A DNA stretch of 64,000 nucleotides from assembly GCA_965649765.1 (NCBI GenBank), contig OZ287752.1, positions 40,548,001 through 40,612,000 of the forward strand, written 5' to 3'. The stretch is from Bispira polyomma (taxonomy: Eukaryota). Shown piece after piece: positions 12,567 through 22,964 of the stretch; positions within the stretch are counted from its first letter, which is position 1; each line of letters starts with the position of its first letter. The position numbers and the translations under genes are program-made. The notes beneath the pieces are model-generated. The model worked only from the letters and a program-made list of their open reading frames with translations. It was not told the DNA's origin and made no database searches.

Positions 12567-14985
12567 TTATATACTCCAGTCAATGTCCAGTAATTGGTCT
12601 GGAATGTTCACCCATTCAGGGTGGGGTATAATTTGTCTTAATTTGTACTCGTTATGAGCTGTCATGTGCCATCTTGATAAGAGATCAGCAGCTTGATTGT
12701 TTTTCCCTAGTATATGGACTGTTCTTAAATTTATATCGGCGCCCGCCACTTCCATCAGGATGTTGCGCGCAATGGCTGCCAATGTTAGATCTTTAGTCCT
12801 GCCTGAGGTAAGGATAGACACCATTGCTTGGTTATCGCAGTGGACCATAAGTTTTTTGCCTGCCCAGAGGTGTTTCCACAATCTGACTGCCACCAGGATG
12901 TTTAACATCTCAAGGTGGACGATGGTAAAATTTAGATAGCCCTGAGGGACTGACTTAGTGTACACTAAACTGTTACATTTACTGCCCAGGCCTGTGAGGC
13001 ATGCATCTAGCTCTATATGATCGGTGACTGGGGCATGGTCAAAGAATGCCACCCCATTAAATTTACTGAGAAATTTGTCAAACCATCTGAGGTCCTGAAA
13101 GAATTGCACATATAGTTTAACATTACTTTCATCACTTATATTGCGTAATATGTCAAGCATACGATTTAAAAATGCCCTGGCTACTCTGACGCATTTAGCC
13201 ACATAGAGTAGTGAACCCAAGAGTGATTGCAATTCTCTTTTTGTGCATTCGGTCTTACTCAGCCAGGTTTTACACAATTGAATAGTGTCAGCTAATTTCT
13301 GGGGAGGGACCTCAATTACAAATTTCTGTGTGTCTACTAGCACGCCTAAGCAATTGACCCTAGTGGTAGGCGTTACTATCTTTTTCTTGCTGATTTCAAA
13401 ACCTAATATTTGCAAGAGCTTGTACAGGTTGTCATATGAATTGTGGGCAGCGTCGTACGTCCCGTATCCGATGACGTCATTGATATAATTGATGACGTCA
13501 TAGCCGCGTCCGTGCATGACGTAACGCACGGCATCACTGAGGCGTTGAAAAATGACGCTTCCGTGCCTGTAGCCAAACGGCAAGCACGTATCTATATAGT
13601 AGTCGTCCATTTTGAGTCTGAGAAGGTCATAATCTGCCGGATCAATCTTTACATGTCGGAATGCCCGACTTATGTCTAGCTTGTATATGAGGGTGCCTTT
13701 TCCGAGTTTTGCTACTTTGTCTGTTATGTCATCGACTGTTGGTAGAGTTAGAAGGAAATCAGTACCTAGATATTTGCTCTTTTCAATTGCAGCATTGACC
13801 GATTTACCTTTTGGGAAAACTCAGACCTATTATTACCCGACGATGAGCTGCACCAGGCTTCTCCCTAGTCATGAACGGTGAGACATGTAAAGAGGAGATG
13901 GGAGGGGTGCTAAATGGCCCCATTATTGCCCCATGTTCTTTTTCCTCAGCCAAATATGCTCGAACATCATTGGGAAATTCTGTAGCCGACTTATGATTTT
14001 CTTCAACATGGCTGAGTTCCCTTTGTCGGTCAAAGTCTAAGGGCAAACCATATTTTATAAAATAAATAAGCTGGGTGTCCCAGTAGTTACTAAGTTCACG
14101 TTGCCAGACATCCGGATTTAATTCCGATTTTAGGAGAATTTGTTCACCCATGTAATTTGGCTTACCACTGTTGTGCACTGTGTGGTGGATTTAGAGTGGT
14201 GTATTCTTACTGGATTTTTGTTTGTTGAAAGCAGGCAATGTTAAGTCACCAAGAGGTATAAAACCAAACTTACCGTGTGTTTGCTTATTCCATAGCTTGT
14301 AAACAGAGTTACTGCTAGCTTGTGCAATTGTATCCCTATGTCGGACTTTAACTTGTAACTGCAAGTCATATTTGTCTTCACTACTAGTGAGTGCATTTTG
14401 TTGTAAAATACTGTGTCCCCTTGTACTGGTATCAGTACTTGTGTTTTTTTCAGTGTTCCCCATATTTGGGTCAGTGTTCACCCCATCCCCTCTATGTTCT
14501 ACCAAGGGTGCAAACCTATTGTGGGAACTCAGACATTGTTCTGTTGTCTGACCTATTTTGGTTGCATAACTCATGTTGATGTTTGGTTTGTTTACATGGG
14601 GTTTAGTGGGTTTATCAGTCTTACCGTATTGCTTGTTGCGGCTGCTCTGCAATAGGTGCCTTTTTACATTATTTTGACATACATTACGTACACAATTTTT
14701 TGTCAACTGGCTTTCAACCAGGTGACATTTGTTCACATTATTATTGTACAATACAGTGTTAACTTTTTTAGATACATTATTTACAGTTTTACAGTCCAAG
14801 TGGCAACTGGAATTAGGCTTTTGACTGACCTTATTAATTTTTACAATATCAGCGTACGTTTTGCAATTAACTCTTGCCCAATCTGCCTTCCAATTATCAC
14901 TTGCTGCAGCTGCAACCACCCCATTGGTTATTATCCTGGAGTAAAAATTGGGCACTGCAGACTTGTAGTGCCCTATTCGTTTTTT
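12567..14985 (-). pseudogene. Ngaro-1 pol (RT/RNase H), disrupted
   Basis: ORFs 14191..14955, 13804..14178 and 12567..13610. Motifs: LPFG, YINDV (YxDD mutated), LQSLLGSL, LDACLTGLG, LEMLNI, CDN, NQAADLLSR. Confidence 0.93.
14950..14985 (-). promoter_or_regulatory. Candidate -1 ribosomal frameshift signal (A_AAA_AAC + stem-loop)
   Basis: Minus strand: tcA AAA AAC gaa ta GGGCACT acaagtctgc AGTGCCC. The heptamer is in gag phase, the spacer is 5 nt, and the -1 frame is open into the pol ORF. Confidence 0.75.
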
Positions 14986-15905
14986 GAATTTGTTTTTTCC
15001 CCCCCAGAGTTTAGCTTTCTACAATCTTTGGATGGGTGGTTGTAGCTTTTACCTCCGACAAAGCAATGAGCACATATATGGGTATATAATTGACCACCTG
15101 ACTCATGGTCAGTTTTTTGCGGACAAGTACCTTTCTGGAAAAATCTGCAGGGTTTGCCTTTTTCACTGGTGTTTTTTCTACTACTCGAGCACTGACTAGA
15201 GAAATTTTGTGATGTGGTAACCCTCTGGGCATGAGCCCTACGGATCCCATCGATTTTATGGGTGTCCTCCCAAGAAACTTTGCCCTCCTCCATTTTACAG
15301 AGGAGGACTGCATGAGCGCCTTTAGCCGTGTTCCAAGAAAAATCATGGCTATCCTCCATTAATTCCGAAAGGTACTCGAGCATTAGATCCTTAGTTACAC
15401 TATTTTGTTCTTCTTTGATTATGTTGGTAAAACCTGAGACCCATTGGACCATAGAGAGATTGTCATAAGCTAGTCTAGATTTTGTCTGCCCACCTAGTAT
15501 AAAGTTTTGCGGCCAAGGTACTTGCCGTTTAACCCACACTGTCTCAGCCCCGCCCCTTTGGGAATGAAAGTTACCTGATTCGTTTATGCGGGTCAGTTCT
15601 TGTAGTCGGGTGTCCACAGCTTCCTGGATGTGTGTTGACTGCCTCAGTGTCTGTATGGAAGGCACCAATAAGTCAGCCAGTGGGTCTCTGCTGGCAGCCA
15701 TAGGAACTTCTGTGGGAAGCCGCGATGTCGTCTGGCCACTGCTGGTTTCACCACTACCATCTGCGCCGTCTACTCTCTTTTCCATCTTAGTCATATGACT
15801 ATTTAAGTCAGTGAGCTGCTGCAGGATCAGTTTATTAACCTGGGAAGAAGACATGTCCGGTTCGTCATCCGAAACATCCGGTACAATGTACCGGATGATC
15901 ACCAC
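14973..15905 (-). CDS. Ngaro-1 gag-like ORF (true start uncertain)
   Basis: 310-aa ORF with WPQ...YDNLSMVQWVSG and a C-terminal CRFFQKGTC..H..HICAHC..H..C zinc finger, homologous to the other two Ngaro gags. Confidence 0.88.
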   Translation of the reverse strand: MVIIRYIVPDVSDDEPDMSSSQVNKLILQQLTDLNSHMTKMEKRVDGADGSGETSSGQTTSRLPTEVPMAASRDPLADLLVPSIQTLRQSTHIQEAVDTRLQELTRINESGNFHSQRGGAETVWVKRQVPWPQNFILGGQTKSRLAYDNLSMVQWVSGFTNIIKEEQNSVTKDLMLEYLSELMEDSHDFSWNTAKGAHAVLLCKMEEGKVSWEDTHKIDGIRRAHAQRVTTSQNFSSQCSSSRKNTSEKGKPCRFFQKGTCPQKTDHESGGQLYTHICAHCFVGGKSYNHPSKDCRKLNSGGEKTNSKNE

Positions 15906-16273
15906 TTTACATCTTTCATTGATTGGTTTCTAATGGTTAGACCCGCAGGCCTCACAGTCATATGTCTTCCTAGGAGCCATAATGCACTCTACGTAGCTAT
16001 TAGTCACTTTAAGGTAATGTTTTATTTAAAGAATGTCTTTTCCACTACTTAATGAATACCCTGTATTCAGCCTAGATTTTGTTTCACACCTTGGTGTGGA
16101 TTATCACAATTGTGAATGTTTGTGGTTTCGTGGTACACCGTGTGTTAACTGTTTTTATATGTAATCACAAACAATTGTACATGATTCTCCTGCACCACGA
16201 TTTAAACACAGACACCTGTGTAGTTCAATGTTTTCTGTATAAATTATTGCGCCATCGTGCACTCCATTGCACT

Positions 16274-16275
16274 GA

Positions 16276-16311
<36 letters not shown>
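16274..16311. repeat. (TA)n microsatellite in the Ngaro-1 leader
   Basis: Direct inspection. Confidence 0.95.
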
Positions 16312-16636
16312 GTCCAGTTAGTTTTACTGAAATGGAAATATAGCACAATGTGCTTAGATTTCTGCGTATACATGGAATGAGGGTGTGTTTGTAAATTTAA
16401 TGTAAAAATGCTTTAAAATATTAAAATCTAGCAGTTAAGATAACATAAATCACAGTATATAGCCCTCATTCATAGCCCCCACAAGTAGAGCAGTATGCGC
16501 ATAAATCCAAGCATAAGCAGCTTATAACATGTCAGGAACTCCACAGCAGGATCTCCATGTGATTTAGTCCAAGAAAGCACATAAAATCTCCAGGTAAATC
16601 CTTTGGAAACACAAAATAAAAGTTCCTTAAAATTTG

Positions 16637-16854
16637 AAATTGTCTAACATAAAATGGCATCTTGCCCTTCTGACATATAAGTTAAAAGTGGGATATTCCA
16701 CACTTTTAGCGGGACATAATTAATTAATTAGTAAAGTGGACCACCCACCAACGAATCAGAACCCAGGTCAGTGGAACAAGAGTGTTTATCTTATTAAGAA
16801 TGTAGGACAACAAGAGGTCACTGAATATACTAGCCCCGTGGGCTACCTTCCACA
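16637..16854 (-). repeat. Ngaro-1 repeat A1 (5' terminal)
   Basis: Matches A2 at 10871-11088. Confidence 0.95.
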
Positions 16855-17324
16855 TATTGACATTATTTTTGGTTGGAATCCTAATGCATTTCTCCAGTGC
16901 ATCAGCTTTCTGACGTCCACTTACTTTATTTCAGAATCAGAAAGGCATATTTTGTCCAAGTGGATACGATACCAATACAAAAGGAATAACTTAAATGATT
17001 GATGTGCATTGGAGCTGTATGGACCGTGCGGAAATGTTTTGTTAAAAAAGAGCTAAAACTTTTTAGTGGTAATATGAGTCATTTAATGATCAGATACATA
17101 AATATTACTGTTTAAAAGTATTAAAAGTGATACTAATTTTGAATATTAGGCAATGTAGTGTATTAGTGACAAAATTATATTTTCAATAATTACAAATTGC
17201 TGAATCAAGCCCACTATTATTTAGCTATGTTTGTTCCCAATGGCTAGGTTGGATATATACGGGGTACATGTAAACTCTAATTGGTTTTAACCATCATAGA
17301 TTTTATTTTTTTAACTTGATTATT

Positions 17325-17485
17325 TCTGGTTTTTATGTCGCTTTCACCAGTTTAGATCATAATCACTAAGGTCAGATTAAATGTTTGAAGAAATCAGTGC
17401 TGAAGAAACAAACAGGATTCAAACTAACATTGATGGGAGGCCACTGATTGTAAAGCACGCCCTTCTATCCACTGGGTCACCACGT
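17325..17485 (-). mobile_element. tRNA-derived SINE, decayed
   Basis: Head GGTGACCCAGTGG...GTTTGAATCC and tail GGTGAAAGCGACATAAAAACC, similar to 40297-40520. Confidence 0.7.
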
Positions 17486-19329
17486 GTGGCATGTGTGGAA
17501 AAGTGGAAAGTGTAAAATATATATACAACATACCATAAAATAATACACTAAAATACCTAAAATATAGTAAAAGAAATATAAGTTCTTGCAACAGTTATTC
17601 CAATATACAAACATGTTACACTCAAATTTGTGAACAGTTTAGATCTAATTCATATACTAAGATGACATTACCATTTTACAACCATGTGCCATGGATTTTA
17701 TAAATAGATTTCCAATTCACAAAAAACCCTCAGACAGCTTGATCATTGCTATAGAGACCAGACTGTAGGACCCTATCTGTCATTGAATGTGTCCATCAAG
17801 CTGGATAACAGCTACATAGTATACCAGCAAAAAAGATATTTCAAAGAGGGAAACACATAGTTTTTTCCAGTTTTTGAGTACCAGCACAATGATTGAATTG
17901 TCTGCATAATAAAGATATGCAAATAGGACACTCATGGGAAAGATTGAAACAAATCATTGTAAAAGAACCATACCATTATTTGCCTCTGTGAATAAAACTA
18001 TATGTAAGAGTAAGTTTACAACAGTTTTAAAATAGACACTCTGATAGATATCATTTATTGCAGTAATACCTTTTCTTTAAAGAATTTTTAGCAGCCACAA
18101 AACAGAATTGTTCTGTGTAGTGACCACACGTCTTGCGCATTTCAATCCACTTGAACGGGGATCAAGTGCTAGAAAGTTTGAAGTGCTTAGATAAATTATA
18201 ATTAATCTTGACCAAAGAAAACTCATGTGCAGACATTGTTATTATTCTTGTGTTTTTTTTTGTAAACTACGGTATGACTGTTTGCAGATTTTAAGATCTA
18301 AAAAATAAACCAACCTTCAAGGTTTGGCCCAAACTTGCAGTATTTTGCCCTTGTTGTCACCTCTAACAGTATGTTCTTCCTATCTAACAATGGAACGATA
18401 ACACTATGATGGTTTCAGAAGACAACATGAAGGTCACTCTTTTGTTGGTTTCCAGATTGCCAGATCAATCTAATGATAACAAGTATTTAGCACTAGCACA
18501 GAGGGGAACAGAACTGTAGTGCCTATTACGTTGGTCTTTTGTAGTTGTTAACCATTTTTGTTTAACTGAAAAGACATAAGTCTCGACTAGTAATTAAACT
18601 GTAGCTTGGTAGCAATAGATGGCTTAACTCAGGTCCTATATAAGACATGTAGTGCTACATTTAATGGCATAAAAATAATGCTTTAGAGCTATAAATACTA
18701 ATATTAGGCCGTTTAACTTTATGCTCTTTTCCATGTTAAATCTACTTTTGCATCTTAAGTACATTCACAAAGTTCTGTTTAAACATTCATGTGGGCACTT
18801 GACTCTGTATTTATGTGTTTTAAATCCCATTAAACTCCTTATTGCTCCCATGTGGCCTAGTAGTGAGGGAGTTTGTCTGGTGATCAGGTGGTTTCTGGTT
18901 TAATTCATGATAATCCCGTCTAGTGTATTTCGTGAGATATATAACGTCACTGGGGAAAATGTGAACATGCCATTGCCTACTGATGAAGACCCAGGCTATG
19001 TTTATAGAACTATCCCTTTCGGTAAATTAGTGTCTTAAAGGATATTATATTATTAAGATGCTCTATCAATGCTTCAATCATTATTATAATAGGTTAAACA
19101 CTGATGCCCAGGCATCCCCCAAGCAAGGCTCCACAAGGCTTCCCAGTGGCATTGTCAGCACCTTAGAGGAAGTCATATCAATAGGGCGCTATAGAAATGC
19201 TTCAATAACAATAACCTCGGTTATGGTAACAAGTGGACTATGAAGTTAACCAATAGCACAGTCTAAGTATATACTGGTATTTGTAAGGAAAATGTGGATT
19301 GTGTACTGAGAAAAACCTGTAAGGAAAAT

Positions 19330-19640
19330 AATTCTAATTCTAATTGGACTTTTATAGAGCTTAATCTCTCCTTTACGAAGGGGACTCTATGGCTCAACAA
19401 CACCAAGAGAGTTAACCAATTTCAGTATCCAGGGACAGAAAAACGGTCAAGCACCACAGAGTACACCAGATGGGTATGCCTTGGTGTACAGGTAGGTTTT
19501 AAACCGCTTTCTAAAAGAGGCTAGAGCGGGGGACTCACAAATCTCAACAGAAAGAGCATTCCCAACAGTGGAGTAGACCGTTGTTCCTTATGCATCTGGC
19601 ATTCAGTACACCCAACATGACAGGACCAGGGTTAAGGGAC
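19330..19640 (-). mobile_element. L2-like LINE 3' fragment
   Basis: Minus strand encodes a WN(A)L...SFRKRFKTYL-like C-terminus followed by a short-repeat (AATTAG) tail. Confidence 0.55.
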
Positions 19641-20704
19641 ACATCACCGCCCAGTAAAGAAACAACATAAAACCTCTACAATTAACCAAACTTGAAAATT
19701 TGTGACATAAACAGGTGTATGAAAAAAAGCCTGCTTGAAAAGGTATGACTTCATGTTTCTTCTCTGAGCTTGTATGGTTGTGGATATTATTAGGACGCTT
19801 GACTAGACAAAAAGAAAACAAAGGCTACCAACCTTATTTAACTACATAAGTATTTAATAAAATAATAGAAGCTTTAGGCTATGGTCACAGTGAAAATAGC
19901 AAGGATGGAACTACAGAAACATATAAGAATTAAGGGAGACTTATGAACTGATTGTTATAGATACTTCAGAGATCTCAACAGGCAGTTTTCTCACTTGAGG
20001 CACCCCTCAGAGTATCTTTGACAGGAAAAAGGACTCCATGATGACTTGATAGTACTTGGTACGACTTCAGAGATTGTATGGTACTGTATACGTGGGAAAT
20101 ATTTACTAGGAATTTAAATTAGCTCTGTTACCTAAATGAGTCGGGATAGTCAAAATTAATTTTAAGTGAAAATTTGATCTTGTATCCAAGAATGGTGAAT
20201 AGTAAAAAGGAATTCCTGTGATATTCTTTAATACAGTAAAAATTACTATTTTCAATAGTGGTGAAATTTTCGTCCATCTGAAATTTCTACTTATATAAAT
20301 ATAAATGTATGCCCCAATACTGGCAGTCGGCATTTTGTAGGTATTAGATTCATAATATTATCGTCCAAGGACAGGGCACTAATAGTTCTGGTAAATCATA
20401 TTGTGATTCTATGAGAGTCTGGGGAAGACTTGCAAAAGATAATGTATGTGACAGACCAGTGGAGTAATCTGCTTTTAGTTAGCTTTAAACTTCGATGCGA
20501 TGTCCTTGAAACAGGCAAAGTAGCCAGTTTTACCAGAGTTAGGTAAGCCACATAGAGATGCACAAAGCTACTGTATCCCTCATTATAACCATTGAATAAC
20601 CATTTAATTTCGAAAGAGTTGTCTTTTCTTCATTTTTCCCCCGAGAAGTTGCAGCTCCCAAATATAACCTACAATGTTTGGTGCAAATAAGGCACAACAA
20701 AAAC

Positions 20705-20920
20705 AAATGTACAAATTTTATTGTAATTTATCTTTTTGGAAGATAAATACTTACCTTATCCTCACTTACGCTATTTCATTTAGTTTACACCTATACCCAA
20801 CCAAAAAATCACTCAGTCTTTTTAAAAAGACTATTCTTGTGATGTCATTTTTACTCACTGCGCATGCCCAGAAGTAACCAAACTCTCGTGGAACGAGAGA
20901 AACCCTCAGTTTTCACTTGG
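20705..20920 (-). repeat. DIRS 3' ITR with terminal extension
   Basis: 20741-20920 is the reverse complement of ~31421-31620. Contains the 18-bp palindrome AGTCTTTTTAAAAAGACT (20815-20832). Confidence 0.95.
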
Positions 20921-20970
20921 AAAGTTGGAATTCCAGAAACAAAAGTGGGGTTGGCTGGGTGGGATCCAGT

Positions 20971-21070
20971 TAAGTGAGGATAAGGTAAGCATTTATCTTC
21001 CAAAAAGATAAATTACAATAAAATTTGTACATTTTATTGCGATAAATACTCCTTACCTTATCCTCACTTA
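20971..21070 (-). repeat. DIRS internal complementary region (ICR)
   Basis: The first half is the reverse complement of 20705-20769 and the second half of 31590-31630. They join at CATTT (21030-21034). Confidence 0.95.
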
Positions 21071-21554
21071 CGCTAGAATCCAACCTTAAAGGTGGTGGGT
21101 AGTTTATGGAACCCAAAGAACCTAAGGATTTAGAGGATAATTTTATTTGTTGAAAGCAATAGCGTAAGTGTTGAGGATAAGGCAAGTCCTTATAACATTA
21201 CTTGTAGATTAGATACTCTATAGGTAGATGAATCCATAACATACCTCAATCTTTGATCTGAAGTATGGCTGTACAACTGAAGTGACGTAGTACAAAGTTC
21301 CTATGTACATATCTACAGAAGTGGTCCTATTCACATATGTACAAATGTCAGCCTCATGATGTCACTGAAGGTCAGGAAGTCTCCGTCATAAAGAGTGGCA
21401 TCACATGGCTGAGTCCAACACTGTTCTTTACTGTTCTATGTACAAGTAGGAGGCTGGAAAGAAGAATACAACAATGGTTATATCATTAGCATACACAACA
21501 TATGAATATAATGTCATAACAACAAAGATCTGCAAGAACCCTTACATAATTACA

Positions 21555-21782
21555 GCTTGACAAAATGTTGTGCAGCCACCACAGAACCCAAGGTAAATTC
21601 AGAATCTTCCTTAGCTAAAGACACACCCCCTTTGAAAGCCACAGATGCTGCCATGGATCTTAAGTCATGAGCTTTGATTTGAGTAAGAGAGGCAATCTCT
21701 TCATCTGCCAACTTATACCCTAACAAAACAGTTTGTTTGATCCAAGATGATATCGTTGACTTTTTGATATCAGTTGTAAAAC
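21555..21782 (-). pseudogene. DIRS YR, C-terminal part (separated by the nested insertion, internally deleted)
   Basis: Reads FTTDIKKSTISSWIKQ...IKAHDLRSMAASVAFKGGVSL-AKEDSEFTLGSVVAAQ. The W...FxxFY catalytic segment is absent. Confidence 0.88.
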
Positions 21783-21981
21783 AGTTCGCTATGTGTAAGT
21801 CTCAGTAAATTAGTGATGTGAAAGTGTCTGCAGTTTGTGATACAAGACAATAAAAACATACTGTTTTTGGAGTTTATTTTCCTGTACAAGTTAGTATAGC
21901 TATGTACAATATGCGGTAGTTAATATAAAATATTTAAAATTTCAAGAGGTAACTGAGATTTTAAATGAACCCAAACCCAAG

Positions 21982-22958
21982 TCAGAGGGAAGTGGGGACA
22001 ATGTTTGCAAAAGTGTGTGGAATCACAGAGGCAGCTTGTGATGTAGATTGAAGATAAGTCCATACAGTTGAGCTGCGCCAAAGTCCATGTGCCATAATAT
22101 TTTGTAAAGAAATGTTGCTATTAAATGTCAATGTTGCACTGGACCTACGAAATGTATGAAAACCATGTGTAGAGTGATCAATTCCAATATGTTGAAGTAT
22201 TATTTTTAATGCTGCCCTAATGTGTGAGTCCACTACAGGGTAATGAGGGGGTTGTGCTGAGGTGAACAAGGGGGTGGAAGGCGCCAGCCCCCTGTTATTG
22301 ATCAAACCATGAAGTGCTGTAACTGGACATAGTAATGGAACTTTAATTGAAGGTAACTGGACAACATGTGAGTTGGATCTGTCCTGCATGTTTTTGGCCC
22401 ACTTTATTATGAAGCGTACCCCAGGAGGGCCAAATACTACATCATGAATCAGTAAATTTCTAGTGGGGTCGAATTTGCTTCTTGAATGTGGGGCGATGTT
22501 GGACATGCGCAAAAACCCATAATATGCCACCAAAAATATAGCCCTGAATAACTGTAGGTCTGGAAGAATTTCACATGCCTTTGAGATTTTTAAGAGTTGT
22601 TTAATGTCAAACACCCCTTTTGAAGCTGGTCTAAAAGGAGAGTTATGAACCAAACTACGTGTAAACAAGGAAATGGCATTGTGTTTAAACACTGCTGTAT
22701 TGATTTGATATTTTGCAGACATGAATTTCAATGCCGCAAGATAGTTATTCACTACTTTTGGAGATAAATTATTCTGCGTAAGATATTCCAAAAATGCCAG
22801 TATTGAATGTACAGTGATGTCCTGAATGTGTGCATATTGCAGGAAAGCCAGAAATGTCCTAAATTGGCTAATATAGGCTGATGTAGTCGCAGGTCTAAGT
22901 GCTGTATTGATCCTGTTGATCGCAGCAGTGGTGAGTGAATCTGTTACAGTTGTGGCAC
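21982..22958 (-). CDS. Ngaro-2 tyrosine recombinase (ATG-less N-terminus; putative exon 2 of a GagN-YR fusion)
   Basis: Open from the candidate acceptor TTGTAG|GT (22958) to the stop at 21982. Motifs ALRPATTSAY, YGFLRMSNI, KWAKN, CPV, FHTFRRS and HGLWRSSTVWTY. Confidence 0.9.
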
Positions 22959-22964
22959 CTACAA

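Larger units (their letters stand above)
9918..16854 (-). mobile_element. Ngaro-type YR retrotransposon (Ngaro-1), full length, inactivated
   Basis: Order is gag (CCCH/CCHC zinc finger) - RT/RNase H (no methyltransferase-like domain) - YR. Split direct repeats A1...B1-A2-spacer-B2. CACA core at both ends and at the B1/A2 junction. Confidence 0.95.
16860..20709 (-). pseudogene. LRR receptor pseudogene, copy C (continues at 31626-31800 across the DIRS insertion)
   Basis: Minus-strand remnants TISALSLDDNIMNLIP, FTTIENSNF/TVLKNIT, CYFHCDHSLK (LRR-CT-like), LFAYLYYADNSII and FPSLKYLFAGILCSC, then hydrophobic LIFLLLYFRYFSVLFYGMLYIF. Colinear with copy B. Confidence 0.7.

Noticed and set aside
12557-12569. 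Pol-to-YR stop readthrough in Ngaro-1 (YR is in frame after TAA)
   Set aside because: In Ngaro-2 the YR is in a different frame from the pol stop, whereas the AG|GT acceptor and its phase are conserved in both.
17660-17790. Plus-strand APE endonuclease-like peptide (ITILQ...LIIAIETRL)
   Set aside because: No further APE motifs follow, and the opposite strand fits the LRR/Cys-cluster/TM pseudogene better.
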